In this document: positions 34,790-47,197 of the stretch, piece after piece
Layout of the letters: each line of letters starts with the position of its first letter
Position numbering within the stretch: position 1 is the first letter of the stretch
DNA from: Podarcis filfolensis
Lineage: Eukaryota
Length of the DNA: 64,000 bases
Direction: 5' to 3' (one strand)
Assembly (NCBI GenBank): GCA_964270895.1
Contig: OZ185446.1
Notes under the pieces: generated by a model
What the model saw: the letters and a program-made list of their open reading frames with translations, nothing else
The model's database searches: none
What the model was told of the DNA's origin: nothing
Program-made: the position numbers and the translations under genes

Positions 34790-35483
34790 CGGGCTTGCGT
34801 GCTGGCCTTGCACTCTCCCACTTAGTGGGGGCATGTCAAGTCCCCCGTGTCACTGGGGAGTCCCGGCCAGCATCACAGCTGCAGCCTGCCAATCCGGCTG
34901 GCTGGGGGGCGTGGTTTGCCGCATTTAAGCGGCCGCACAGCCGGGAACTCTTCCTTCAGCTTCCTGCTCCCGCGGATCTTGGTTGGTCGCCTGTTGAGGG
35001 GGCCTGGTAGGAATTTTCCCACTTGGCAGATTGGCACCAGCCACTTGGTTTTCGCCTACCTCGTAGCTAATCGTCACAACTTTGTAAGGTTTGGAGGTTA
35101 GGCATTGGAAAAGTTTGGTGGAGGGGAGGGGAGGTTGTGGCCATCACCTGCCCTTCCCCTTTAAGGGTATTCCATTAAAGGAATCCGGGGGTCGTGGTTC
35201 CTGTCCAAAGCCTGGGTAGACACGACCTCTCTGGTAGACCCTGAGGGGAGCTCTGAGTTGATGTACATCAACAGGGCTCCCCCTGCTGGTGGTTAATCCT
35301 TGAGAGACTCTCTGCATGGGGGGCAGGAGTCAGATATAGTTGGTTTGGGTCCAATGCCTAAGCCAATACCACTCACACTCTGTAACCAATAAAGTTGTGG
35401 CCTGTATTAGCCCATTAACCTAAAATACTGGCGTCCACGTGTTTTATTCATCAAATGGGGTGGGGGGTGGGGCCTTGATGTGC
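34790..35483 (+). mobile_element. Unclassified LTR/DIRS-like element
   Basis: CCAAT at 34889, GC-box-like GGGGCGTGG at 34906, TATA-like ATTTAA at 34923 and AATAAA at 35388, in LTR-like order. CpG-retaining. Boundaries are approximate. Confidence 0.5.
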
Positions 35484-35649
35484 AACGGTGAAAGCAAGGT
35501 GAGCTGGGGCTTCATTCAAAGAGGATGGAGGGTGGAGCTACAGACAGAACATGGCCACCTCTATCTAAGGAGCTCTTTGGTGATGAATACTTGGCAGTCA
35601 GGAAGAAATGCTGGCTAAGCAAACACATTTCATGAACTGGCAGCCATGT

Positions 35650-36472
35650 TTATTCAATGTTCAGCTGTGCAAGTGAACACATGTACAGGCATATAGAAGT
35701 GAGTGAACAGGATAACAAAAAAATGCCAGTTTGTTATTTTGGACTTGTTCCCAGGGGGGAACCTGGGACATATCATATGTCCCATATGACATATCATATG
35801 TCCCATATGATGGAACATATCATAAAACTCAACAGAAGCTGGAGAAACTACCTTTGCATGTATTTATTATCATTGAAACGAGTAGATATCTCATCTCACC
35901 AATGGCATATTTAACTAATCTTGAAGAAACAAAACAGCTTTCACCCTGGCTCATTGCAAGGCTCCCCTCAGCCATCCAGAAGGTCATTTCAGGAAGACAA
36001 CCTTATGAGGAGAGAAAATGTCCCTGTGGCTCTGAGCATATACATAGAAACAATTGAACATGGTTTTTTTCCCATTGCCAGTATTATACAAATATACATG
36101 TCATGTTCATTCTGCCAATAATACACAAATTTCCAGGACACATAGACCAATTCTATATCTCTTTATTGCTCCAAGATATAAACCCTGATATAGCATATTC
36201 AGTCGCCAGATATTGTGCTGCTATGATGGACATACACCGGAGGATGGTATGTACCACACAACTGAAGGTTTACATCTGCAAACATTTATATTCTGCTTGA
36301 CTTAGATGCCTTATGTGTTTTTATCTTATCCTGGTCTATCATAACTGAGAGAATGAGCATGAGTGCCCCTTACTTTTACAGTTGCCCTCTTGCCTATTTA
36401 GCAGTCTCTACTTGTGTTTGTAGGTGCTTTTACCTTATGCTGGCCTATGGGCGTAATAAAGATTTGACTTGA
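35650..36472 (+). mobile_element. Degraded LINE 3' end, same clade as 15169-15849
   Basis: Remnant ARLPSA...GR.PYEERKCPCGSEHI. AATAAA at 36455-36460 followed by GATTTGACTTGA. Confidence 0.65.
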
Positions 36473-36549
36473 TACCTTTCCATCTAACCTACCTAGCAAG
36501 GCTGAGGGGAGTTTAAAATGGAGTAGCCCCACACATATCACCTTTCCTT

Positions 36550-36740
36550 TCTTGTTCAGTCTGCTCCTAATTCATGTGCTGTTGGCAGATGCTCTCCAAC
36601 TTGCCTCCCCACGCCTTCTGCCATATGGCTTTGCATATTTGGAACAGTCTAACCCACTTTCTTTCACAAGCCACCCCTCCCACACATCCCTCAAAACCCA
36701 TTTCTTCTTACAGACTTTCCTGAACTGTCACAACTATCTT
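36550..36740 (+). mobile_element. Old L2 3' fragment
   Basis: Degenerate ...WNSL...LKTHFF L2 C-terminal pattern. Confidence 0.45.
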
Positions 36741-39700
36741 TCTCTTTTATGGTGTTGTCAGCTGTCAGTTAACCTTTCCCTATCCTAAACACTCAGTGTT
36801 TAATTTCAGTTGTAAGGCTTTGTGAATTTAGGTGGTCGATAAATATTCCTTTCTCAGAGGGCTGCATGTGCGCCTCAGTTCCAAAGAAGGGGATGAGAAA
36901 TGCAGAATGTGGTATTAGGCTTCCTGAGGATCTAATTCAAAAAGCAAAATGTAATTCTCAATTTATTCCTTTCTCTCTTAATCTACCTTGCTCAATGTGG
37001 TTTATATCCAAAACATCAGTTACACATATCCACAGAAATGGAACCAAAGGAAGTATTTATCCACAGTGACATCACTGATGCTCATGGATAGTTAAAAATG
37101 TGACTAACTTCTTCTGGATCCAACTCACATCAAAAACCACAAGTAAATCACAGTATATAAAAAAAGCTCATAGTATCAAGCAGTACCAAATATCAACTTT
37201 AAGCACTTGAATCCAATTCATCAGTTCAAGATTTTACCCCCTGTAGTTCCAAGATGACTGAAATTGTGTGCTAAAAGCTCAGGGAGGCAGGAAGAGGGCT
37301 GGATAAGCTTTCACAGTGGTTGGGGTTGGGACTTCGGTGTTCTCCATGGCTTCCTTCCCTTCCCCACTATTAAATTAAGCAGAAAGAGCACAAATTGCAA
37401 AATAAATTTTGCAGTATGAAAAATATGCAAATTTGCTCAATGCAGGTCACAGATTTAAGCTTTTCTTAGCAGAGCATTTGGCTTGCCTGGCCACAGAATT
37501 GTATGTTGTGAAATATGTAAGTGGATCATAGAATGGAAACTTAAAACCATTTAATTCCAATGCAAGCCACGTTTTCTCTAAAATTATTTTCAAACCAACC
37601 TAAATGAGTTTTAACCCATGTACCATGAAAACAAAGAAGCTTGCTTTGATTATGTGTCTGCTGAGTTACACATGGGGCACTTTAGAGGGACACGTGGGGC
37701 AAGGTATTATTACAGAGCAAAGCAGCTTGTTCCAGTGTAATGGCTTTTAAACGAGAACCTGAATATGAACATGATCTTTTAAAAGGGAATTAAATGGGGA
37801 AAGTTAAGTTCTTTAGTCTTTCCCCATCAGTCAAATAATGCACGTGACTAAAACAGTCTCTCCTCTATCGTAGCTTCCCCACTGTTTGATAGTGTGAAGT
37901 TGTAATCTCTTGCTTGTGAAAATCTTAAGTTGCCATGGAAACTAACATGGGTTGCCATGGAAATTGCTATGTCCAATTCAGTACTGCATCTTCAGAGGCT
38001 GAGGTTGGAAAGAAACAGCAACCAAGCACAAATGTTTGTAGTGACATAGTAAAAAATCCAGTAAGGGCTGTTTCACATATGACCTAAGGGGCTCTGGGAG
38101 GGGGAAAAATTTGTATGGCTGAGCACAGAGCCGACACACCCACGAGGAAAGGTGAAATGACTGCCTCAGGCAGCAGGGTCCACCAGGGCAGCAAATCCCG
38201 ATGCCAATCTTTCTTGCCCCACCTTGTTCCTGATGCAGATCTTCCCTGACCTTTTCTTCCCTGACCTTTTCTTCCTTGACCTTTTCTTCCCTGGTAGGGA
38301 GCGAGGGGAGCATCATATTGAGGTCTGCCTCAGGTACCCAAATGTCTTGGGCTGGCCCTGCCTAAGCACATACACATAAGTGAATATTTTGCCTCCTGGG
38401 GGAGGAGGGTTATTGGTTTGTTTTGTTCTTCTTGTTGTTTTTATTATGTATTTTGTGTTGTTGTTTTTTGTATTCTTATACTGTGAACCACCCTGAGATC
38501 TACAGATGAAGAGTGGTACACAAATTTAAATAATAACAACAATAATAACACTATCTTTGCAAAGTATACAGTATCTTCATTTTAGTAAAAGGTAGTAAAG
38601 ACTCATCTCTTTTTCCTGGCCTTTGAAAATTGAAGAACTCATTTTGGTGTCCTCCCTGTAATGAGCTATATGGAATTATTGTTTTGAGATTTTATGGGTC
38701 GTGTTGGGTGTTCTTTTATTTTTCTGGTTGCACTGTGTTTTTAAATGCTGCAATCCATTCCGGGTCCTTCTGGTAAGAAGTACAACAAACAAACAAACAA
38801 CAAACCTGTCCTAGGTATAAAGGACCTGAGTGCTAAACTACACATGACAATGATTTAGAATTATAGGAAGCAAAGCAGATACTCAGCCACAGAGCTACAT
38901 ATGTTCCCAACCAAGCACAAGTGCTGTATCCCCCAATCACATGTAAAGCCGAGGGTAAGGAATACGCAGGGAAGGGGTGATGGACTTGACGCATGCCCCC
39001 TTCCAGCTGCTTCTCTCCTTACAGGCTTAACTTCCATTACTGAAGCCCAGATAGGGGAAATGACTTCAGGGGATGCACTGCCAAGGGTTGGGGAGCCATC
39101 AGAAGGGGGATAATTCAATGGCCCTCACCCACACGACCCTTTCGTGCTTTCAGTTACACTCCTCCACCACGACCCCGCAACCCTCTTTAAGACATGGATC
39201 TATCACCCTCATGTGAAGTTGGACCTTAAGATTGAGGCAGGTCAAAGGCAAAAGGGTAGTGGAAACTCCAGTACTTTCAGCTGCCACTTCACACTAGCCT
39301 CTAAAATGTGATTTTGCAGTCTAAATAAATGCAGTGCTTTGCCATGGAGGTGGATTGGGGTTCATGGCACACTAACAATGATGCAAATACTTTTGTACAC
39401 CTTGTTGGCAATGGTAATGAGATGGAACTATTAACAGATGTAGTTCAGATTTCCAAAATGTGGGTCACATGGCCCCACTAGCAGGGCTCACCAGAACTCA
39501 GTTCTGGCACCTCTCTGGTGGGCGCCATTGCTATGATAAGAGAATGAGGGAGGTGTTCATGGTGAGTTCCGGCACCTATTTTTCTAGAAAAATAGCACTA
39601 CCCACTAGGATTACCAAAACAAAGAGGATGGAAGACATGGACTGCTGAGGGTGCAGTTATCTGAGACCAGAGATAAAGTCACATGTTGAACACAGGAACT

Positions 39701-40267
39701 AAAGTAATAACTGCAGGATGGTTCATATGAGAACACAGGAACTAAAGTAAGAGAATAACTGTAGGAAGGTTCATATGAGATACTGTAAGCAGGACTGTGA
39801 AAAAACACAAAGGGAAGTAGTCAAAAGAGCTGAACAAGTGTAGGGGCGAGGAAGACCCAGGTATTCAGCTCTGTTGGGCACAGATGTATTCTCGTAAAGT
39901 CTCAGTAGTGCTGATCTAAACTCTTGCCCAGGGCCCCAAACCTTCTATGTTTTTGCAATGAAAACCAAGAGAGCAAGCTGAGCTACCACTTCACAAGTGA
40001 CAGACTGAGACAAACTGATAGGAATTCTCCCAAGGACACCAACTCAGTAATGGACTTTGAAAGCAGGCAAGGGTGCAGCTGTCTCCTGCTCCCTTTCTGA
40101 CAATACAACAAATACAACTAAAACTTTAAAAAGTGTATGCCTACTCAACTACACTTGCGAAAGATGCAAGGATGGGACACTTTGAGAAGAACAGTGTTCG
40201 CCTTTAAAAAAATGAAAAGAAAAAAACTTGATCTTTTTTGCTTATTTGTATAAGTTAAAGCACCATG

Positions 40268-40425
40268 GAATCATAGAATCATGGAATTGTAGAGTTGGAA
40301 GGGATTCTGAGAGTCATCTGGTCCAACCCTCTGCAATGCAGGGAATCCTGCAAACAGCTGTCCCTGGGTAGATTTGAACTACCAACTTTCTGGTTAACAG
40401 CCAGATGCACTGACCCATTGCGCCA
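40268..40425 (-). mobile_element. tRNA-head / CR1-tail SINE
   Basis: Minus strand: TGGCGCAATGG (box A), GTAGTTCAAATCT (box B), then CCTGCATTGCAGAGGGTTGGAC...CCTTCCAACTCTACAATTC..ATTCTATG. Confidence 0.8.
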
Positions 40426-40867
40426 AGAGTTTGCTAGAGGGAACCACTACAATCACCTAAAATGAGAACACCTAAAGAGAACAATCACCTAAAGAGAACA
40501 ATCACAAAGTACTTGCTTCCACTGCATTCCCAGGCTTAGCTGTATGTGCACAGCCAGTAAAAGTGATAGGTAGATCAAAGTATGACAAGCACCTTCTTTA
40601 CAGTGTTGCAGGAGCAAGAAAAATGCACACACAGAATTCAGACATAAAACTACCAACTGACAAGAGTCCCGATTCCTCAGCAGAAAAAATAACTCCCCTT
40701 TACAGCAGTGATCACTGCTATTGAAACACCTGTCTCTTTGCATATACTTGTTAGCATAGCTAGCACTGGCAGTGCGCCAACAGCCCTCAGTCCTACCAAA
40801 CACTGGAGCTCCAACTTGCATCATGGAGCAGTCTGAACCTCACCTCTCTGCTATGAGCATCCGGTAG

Positions 40868-41290
40868 CATGTAATGCATCATCATCATCATCATCATAAT
40901 TTTATTATTTGTACCCTGCCCATATGACTTGGTCTCCCCAGCCACTCTGAGCAGCTTCCAGCATATACAGAAACATAATAAAACATCAAACATTTAAAAC
41001 TTCTAAAGGTTATATACAGTATATACATGTCTTTTAAAGGATATGTAGTTACTCATCTTCTTGACATCTGATGGGAGGGTGTTGCACAGGGTGGGTGCCA
41101 CCACCAAGAAGGCCCTCTGCTTGATTCCCTGTAACTTCACTTCCTGCAGTGAGGGAACCACCAGAAGGCCCTGGGTGATGGACCTCAGTGTCCAGGCTGA
41201 ACAATGGAGGTGGGGACACTCTTTTAGGTATACAAGGCCAAGGCCGTTTAGGGCTTTAAAGGTCAGTACCAACACTTTGAATTTCATATA
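40868..41290 (-). mobile_element. L2 LINE 3' fragment
   Basis: KFKVLVLTFKALNGLG..YL...TLRS...LLVVP...RAFLVVAPTLCNTLP is the canonical L2 ORF2 C-terminus. (CAT)n tail. Confidence 0.88.
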
Positions 41291-43585
41291 GAGGCCTGGA
41301 TTCACAAAGGCTAAAATTGTGCGCGCACACCCTTCAAGAAACTGGGGGGAGCTCACACAGACTGGACCATCCAGCACACCAGTTCCAAATATACTACCTA
41401 AGTCACAGTCAGGGGAAGGGGCATGCTCTCACTTCACAAAAGTAGAAAAGCACACCACTCAATACATGTCTGAAAACAAGCTTTATTGTCATTATGATCC
41501 ATCTGTGATACACACAACTATGGAACGGGATTTTATTTAAAGTGTGATCTAGCATTTAAGTATTATAATCTTGACCCATACAAAATTTCTGGTCATCCTA
41601 AACTTACGACAACTTCAAAACTTAGCTGAATAATGTACCCCTTTCTCTCTCTACTCATTCTCAAAACTGGGTAGTTTTGAAATCACCTAGGTGTTCCACA
41701 TAATTAAAGCTGAAATGCCAGTCATTTGCCCATTGTCAAAATAGACCTATTTAGTGCAATGAGCAATTTCTCACAAAAAGGAAGCTATTAGAATAATATT
41801 TCTAAGTTTTGCAATGGCTTTCTGGCAGTCCATAATAGGTCATTTTTAATTCAATTTCATCCTTTTTAATTAACTCTTCCCAGAGGCAGCATCACTGGGG
41901 GATTATTTCCATTTGAATATTTCATTGTATATTTCGAAGCAGACTGACTAGGCAAATGAGACCATCGTACTCTTTCTTCCATCAGCTAGAGCAGCCTTTG
42001 ACAACCTGGTGTCCTCCAGATGTTTACCATCAGTCCCAGCCAACACAGCCAACATCTGGAGGGCACCAGGTTGGCGTAGACTGAGTTGGACTATGTTGCC
42101 CTAACCCTCAAAGAAAAAGTGCCTTTGAAGAAAGACAATGATAACAAATTTATTATTTTAATGCACACACTGAGCATTCTGCGCAAGAACCACTATGCAA
42201 GAGGGCAACTAGAAGTGGAGAAATGGTGCACGATTTACAATTTAACTTCATTTTTCACCCTTCCAAGTTATGGAGTTGTAACTCACCAAAAGGCATCAGG
42301 GTGCCCTCTCCCCTCTGCAATAAAGGGCCCCACAAGGAAGGGGTAAAAACTTTATTCTGATTTAATGTGAAAGCAGGAGCCAACTCCAGGGGCCATGGGT
42401 GCTTGGGCACCCACAATAATATAATTGTGGGTGCTGGGCACCCACAAAGTCAATGAGAAAAGCTGGCAGGCGGCAGTGATGCTGCTTCTAAGAGAAAGGC
42501 ATTTCAGTTCCACCCTTCACATCCAGCAAGCGAGGCACCCTTTGGGGGGGGCTCAGATACAGAGGCAGATTCTCTCTGCCTTCAAGTCTGAGCCCCTTCC
42601 CACGGAGAGGAGGAGGAAGAGGAGCCGCCACTGCAACCTGGATGTGTGACTTCACATGCACATGCCTGTATGTAATGTGTGTGATGTCACAGGCATGTTC
42701 ATGTGACATCGCATGTCTGTGTTGTGGCAGCAGGCACTTACAATGCTGAGACTGAAATGGCACCCCTAGGGAGAATTGCTCATATAGCACCGTTAAGAGC
42801 AGGAGTCTCCAAACCCAAGACCCAGTGACTTACTAGGGGCTCTGGTATGACCCATGGCAACACCCGTAACTGCATGGAACACACACTATTGAGCCATCTA
42901 CAGGGGAGAAAGCCACTGCTCTCCATAGCAAAAAGGGGGGCAAGAACAAAATACAGTAGATGTTATCAAGGTGAATGCATGTGGCTCCCATTTGCTTATG
43001 TGCTGAGAGATAAGAGGAATACATGGTGTAATTGGTGAGGGCAGCTAGAGTGAAGATTAACCTTATGTGCAGACTCTGGTTCCTCCTTCAAAAGTCTGTC
43101 TCCCGTCCATCCGCCCCCCCCCCCCTTACGTCCTTTTTCACAACTCAGATGGGGTGGGTGGGGAGAGATTGACTACCAGAGACAGCATTTGCAGGGAGAA
43201 ATCAGAGGGGGAGCGTAAGTTCCCTTGCTGCCCACAAATTCCCTCCTCCCAACTCCATCATTATAGGAGGAGGGATTTACAGTAGGGGAATCCTGTGTTT
43301 TCCTCGTAACATCTTGTTCCATCCTGACTCATCACCACCTACCACTACTATCTGGCACAGAAAACCCCACTGATTCCTTTTGACAGCTGACTTTCTGGAA
43401 TACTTGTGCCTGGGATCTCCAGGACATAGTAGGGAGATGAATTTATACTTCTGCTTATCCTATTCATTCTATAAATGTTTCACTTTTTAGGAAATGTATC
43501 CTATTCATTCTATATATGCTTCACATTTTAATAAAATAGATAACTTGGAGCTGCAGTAGCCATTTTTAATGTTAGAAAAGCATTA

Positions 43586-43672
43586 CAGCACAATCCTATC
43601 AATGCTTACTCAGAAGTAGGACTGCATTTAATAGGGCTTACTTCTTGGAAAGTGTACATGGGTTTGCAGCTT
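43586..43672. repeat. Short palindromic MITE-like element (AATCCTA...TTACT...AGTAA...TAGGATT family)
   Basis: Imperfect inverted repeat. Related copies at about 57872-57955, 63581-63666, 51745-51812 and 12840-12965. Confidence 0.55.
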
Positions 43673-46600
43673 TTGCCTATAAAATGGGGAAAATTAGATA
43701 CAGCAGTTTTGACATGTTATCCATTAACTGATGGTAGAATTTATTTTTGGAAATTGAATTTTATGCAGTTGATATATCAAGTGAACAATAAGAGGTGGTT
43801 TCTGGGCAGTTGTTAGATTGTGAATTTGGTCCTTTGCTACAGCTTTGTACATTTCTACTGGGAATGTGCAATACTAAGTGGAACGCTATTGCATTTCTCA
43901 GTGGTTTGCAGGTGGGAGAAAAGAGAAACCTAAAAAAAGAGTTGTGCTCACTATCAAATGTATCTTACCTAACCTATTATGACTTCCATGAACAGAAACG
44001 CAATTAAAGATGCAAGTGTTTAAAATGTAGAAAGGAAACTGGTAGAAAATGGTCATTGAAACAAGCGTGGATTGAACATCCAGGGAAAGAGATACCTGCA
44101 GAAAGACCATCCGTCAATATATGATTTTTTTAAGAAAGAAAAAAAGTGACTCAGTATGAGAGAAACCTTAAAAACAACAAAAGTCAAAGAGAAGGAAAGG
44201 CAGAGGAGCAGGAAGCAATCAGTGAGGCTCCTAGCTGTAGGAGTGGGAATGAGAAGTGGGAATGAGAAGTGGAGTGTGGCTCTTTGTCTTTGTTCATCCT
44301 TTTGCATGATCTCTCTTTCTCATTTCAGCCGGACCCCACTGGCACTTCCTTTGTCTATCAATCCCATTGTGTTTGGCTATCGGGACAAAATCCTCTCTAT
44401 CTTCAAAGAAACAAGAAAATAAAACATCTCATCAGATTTTGAAAGGTTATCAAAATCACACTTAGAAAGGATTCGCAAGTCTATGTTTTTAAAAATTGAT
44501 GGAGAGAGGGAATATTTTTTAAAATATTTGCTTGGAATCAAGGAGTGGAAGGAACAAATCCTCATGATCCATTTGTCAAGTCCATGCAGTACTGCAGTGA
44601 CTGGAAGTTTTGCTTTTCAAAGAAAAAATTAATACATTTCCTTCAAAATGCAGATATGTATTTTTTTCTGCTTCAGTGACAATGAGCTGTTAAAACTGCA
44701 CTTTGTCAACCTATTGTTTTCTTAACAGCAAGCTCTTAACTGCATGCATGAATGAAAGAATGAATGAGCCTTCTGTGGAAAATATGCATCATACAACATC
44801 ACTATTTCAGTAGATTCAGCAATGTCAATAGTTGCTCAAAATAATATAGTAAGAATGACTTGTGGGGCAAGGTAAGAAAAACACCATTCAGAGATAAAAG
44901 AAAAAGAATCTCTTTTAAAACGGCCTTTTTTTAAAAAAAAAAAGTGAAGACCATTACTTTCTTTGTCATAGTAATGAATTCTGGCTTGCACTTTCCAGGG
45001 AAATGAGAAGCCGAAATAGTACATTTCTGTTTTGATTAGATTCATTTTGAACACACCAATGCAGATAGCTTGCCTTTTCTGCCTGACATTAGTAAAGCTA
45101 GATTTTTTAAAAGGAGCAATAACATTTTCATTTACTAATCAATTTAAAACAAGGGCGAATAAGGGCACAATAAGGCACACCGTGGATAAAGATTAAGACA
45201 GTGAGTCGGTATTTAATTGAGAAACCTGCTCCTGATACTGTTAGTTACAAAAAAGCAAAAACTTTAGGGTAAATAAAGAAAGAAGGAAGGAAGGAATGCA
45301 GACATTTTAAAATACCACCACCAATGAAGTTCTTCCTGTGCCCAGTCAGGAAGGACAAAACGATGAAGGGGAAACTGCACTTCATTCTCCCGTCTGTTCC
45401 CCTACTTGCTCTACCAACTTCCATTGCCAGCTGTGAATTGCTACAGCTAAGTAAGACAAGAGGCAAGAGAGATTTCAAACCCAAGATACCTACTTAACAA
45501 GGGTTCAAAATCTCCCCATGTAGGCCACAGGCAGCAAATGTATGGCTGTCCAAACCTTTTTGGACTCACGCCCATCAGCGAGCCAGCAAGGCTAATGGCT
45601 CAGGGATGATGGGAGTTGTAGTGCAGCAACATCTGGAAGGCCACAGCTCCCCTCCCCAGGTGTCTTTCAGTCTCCAACATTCCAGCATTTCTCAGGCTGA
45701 AGGAAGTAGAACTTTTATTACATCATGAGAGGAACAGCTCTAAGGATCCTTTCTCACATTTGCAATGACTCCTTCCTGGGCCATAAAGGTAAATGTCAGA
45801 AGCCCAGAGCTGCATTGGAAGGGTCCAGCTGCAGACATCCTGTTGTATCAGAATCATTCTTCCTGCAAGCTTGGGCTTCTTCTTTGCCTTACATGAACAC
45901 AGCCTTAACAGTGAGTCCGTGAGTGGCTGTGGAGGCCAATTCTGGATACACACATCCTTCCACAGAGGTGACATAAGTTTTCACGTGGGCTTTGATCACG
46001 GTGAGGGTTTGCCCAATATTGGCAACACCAGCACGAGGAACAGCCATTGTGTGGGCTCCTCCCAGGCAGCCCAGGACTTTTGGGGCACAGAAATGAGCCA
46101 CATAAGATAATGGTTTCCTTGCTTCAAGCCTAAGAATAGGGTCTCGGCTGAGTCTAAATAATGTGAATAAGCAGCTTCCTGTGGGGCACTTTTGCTGGCA
46201 TACGCTTTAAAGACTTTCAAAACCAACTTTCGTTTCTGTACCACCACGGGCATCCTTGCCTCCTGACACACATACAAACAAATTTATAAGTTACTTCTAC
46301 TTTGTTTATCAGTTGAATAGAGCAACCACATGCTATCATTTCAGAAATCAGTTTACACTCCCCCAAAAAGTGTTCAGTCCAGTTCTAAGGCAAAAGTGAT
46401 ATTCTAATAGCCAAACCAAACATTTTGGAAAGTGTGGTTCAGTGTGAGGTACGCGTATGATAAAAAAGGAGAAAGTAGCTACACTGTATTGTCTCAGTTG
46501 AAAGAAATGTGAATGAACACTACTGGGAAAAGATGCAAGTGGGATCCAGACCAGGAGGCGATAGGCTGTGGACCCTCCAGACACTGCTGGACTTGAACGC

Positions 46601-46746
46601 TCATCAGCCCCAGCCAGCACAGTGAATGGTTAGGGATGACAGGAGCTTTAATCCAACATCTGGTGGGCCACAGGTTTTCTGTCACTGATACAGGCTGTGG
46701 AGTAGGAAGGTGAGTGGAATCTAGTAAGTGAAGAAATAAGAACGTA

Positions 46747-46988
46747 CAGTGGTACCTCAGTTTTTGAACATCTCTGTTGACGAACATTTCAGTTTTCGAA
46801 CGCCATAAACCTGGAAGTAAATGCTTCATTTTTCAAACACGCCTTGGAAGTTGAACATGCCATGCGGCTTCCGCTGAGTGCAGAATCCTGAGGCCTAGCT
46901 GTTGGCTATTGAGTTTTTGATTTTCAAACGTTTCAGACCTCAAATGGTCTTCCAGAACAGATCACGTTCAAAAACTGAGGTACCACTG
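46747..46988. mobile_element. Tc1/mariner-type MITE
   Basis: TA|CAGTGGTACCTCAGTTTTTGAAC...GTTCAAAAACTGAGGTACCACTG|TA: perfect 23-bp TIR. Confidence 0.92.
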
Positions 46989-47197
46989 TATTTTTGCAGA
47001 GCCTGGCTAGCCTCCAACTAGAAGCCCTGTGATCTTCTAACAGAGTATCCACAATGATTCTACCAGAATTTAACTTTGTTTCAACCAGCTCTGCCTCCAG
47101 CTCCACAGCTAGACTTCCTTGCCCAACTCTACGTTCCACTTCTTGGCTTCATTAAACTCCAGCAATTGCCTGTCAGTCCAGCTATATTACTGTCTTG

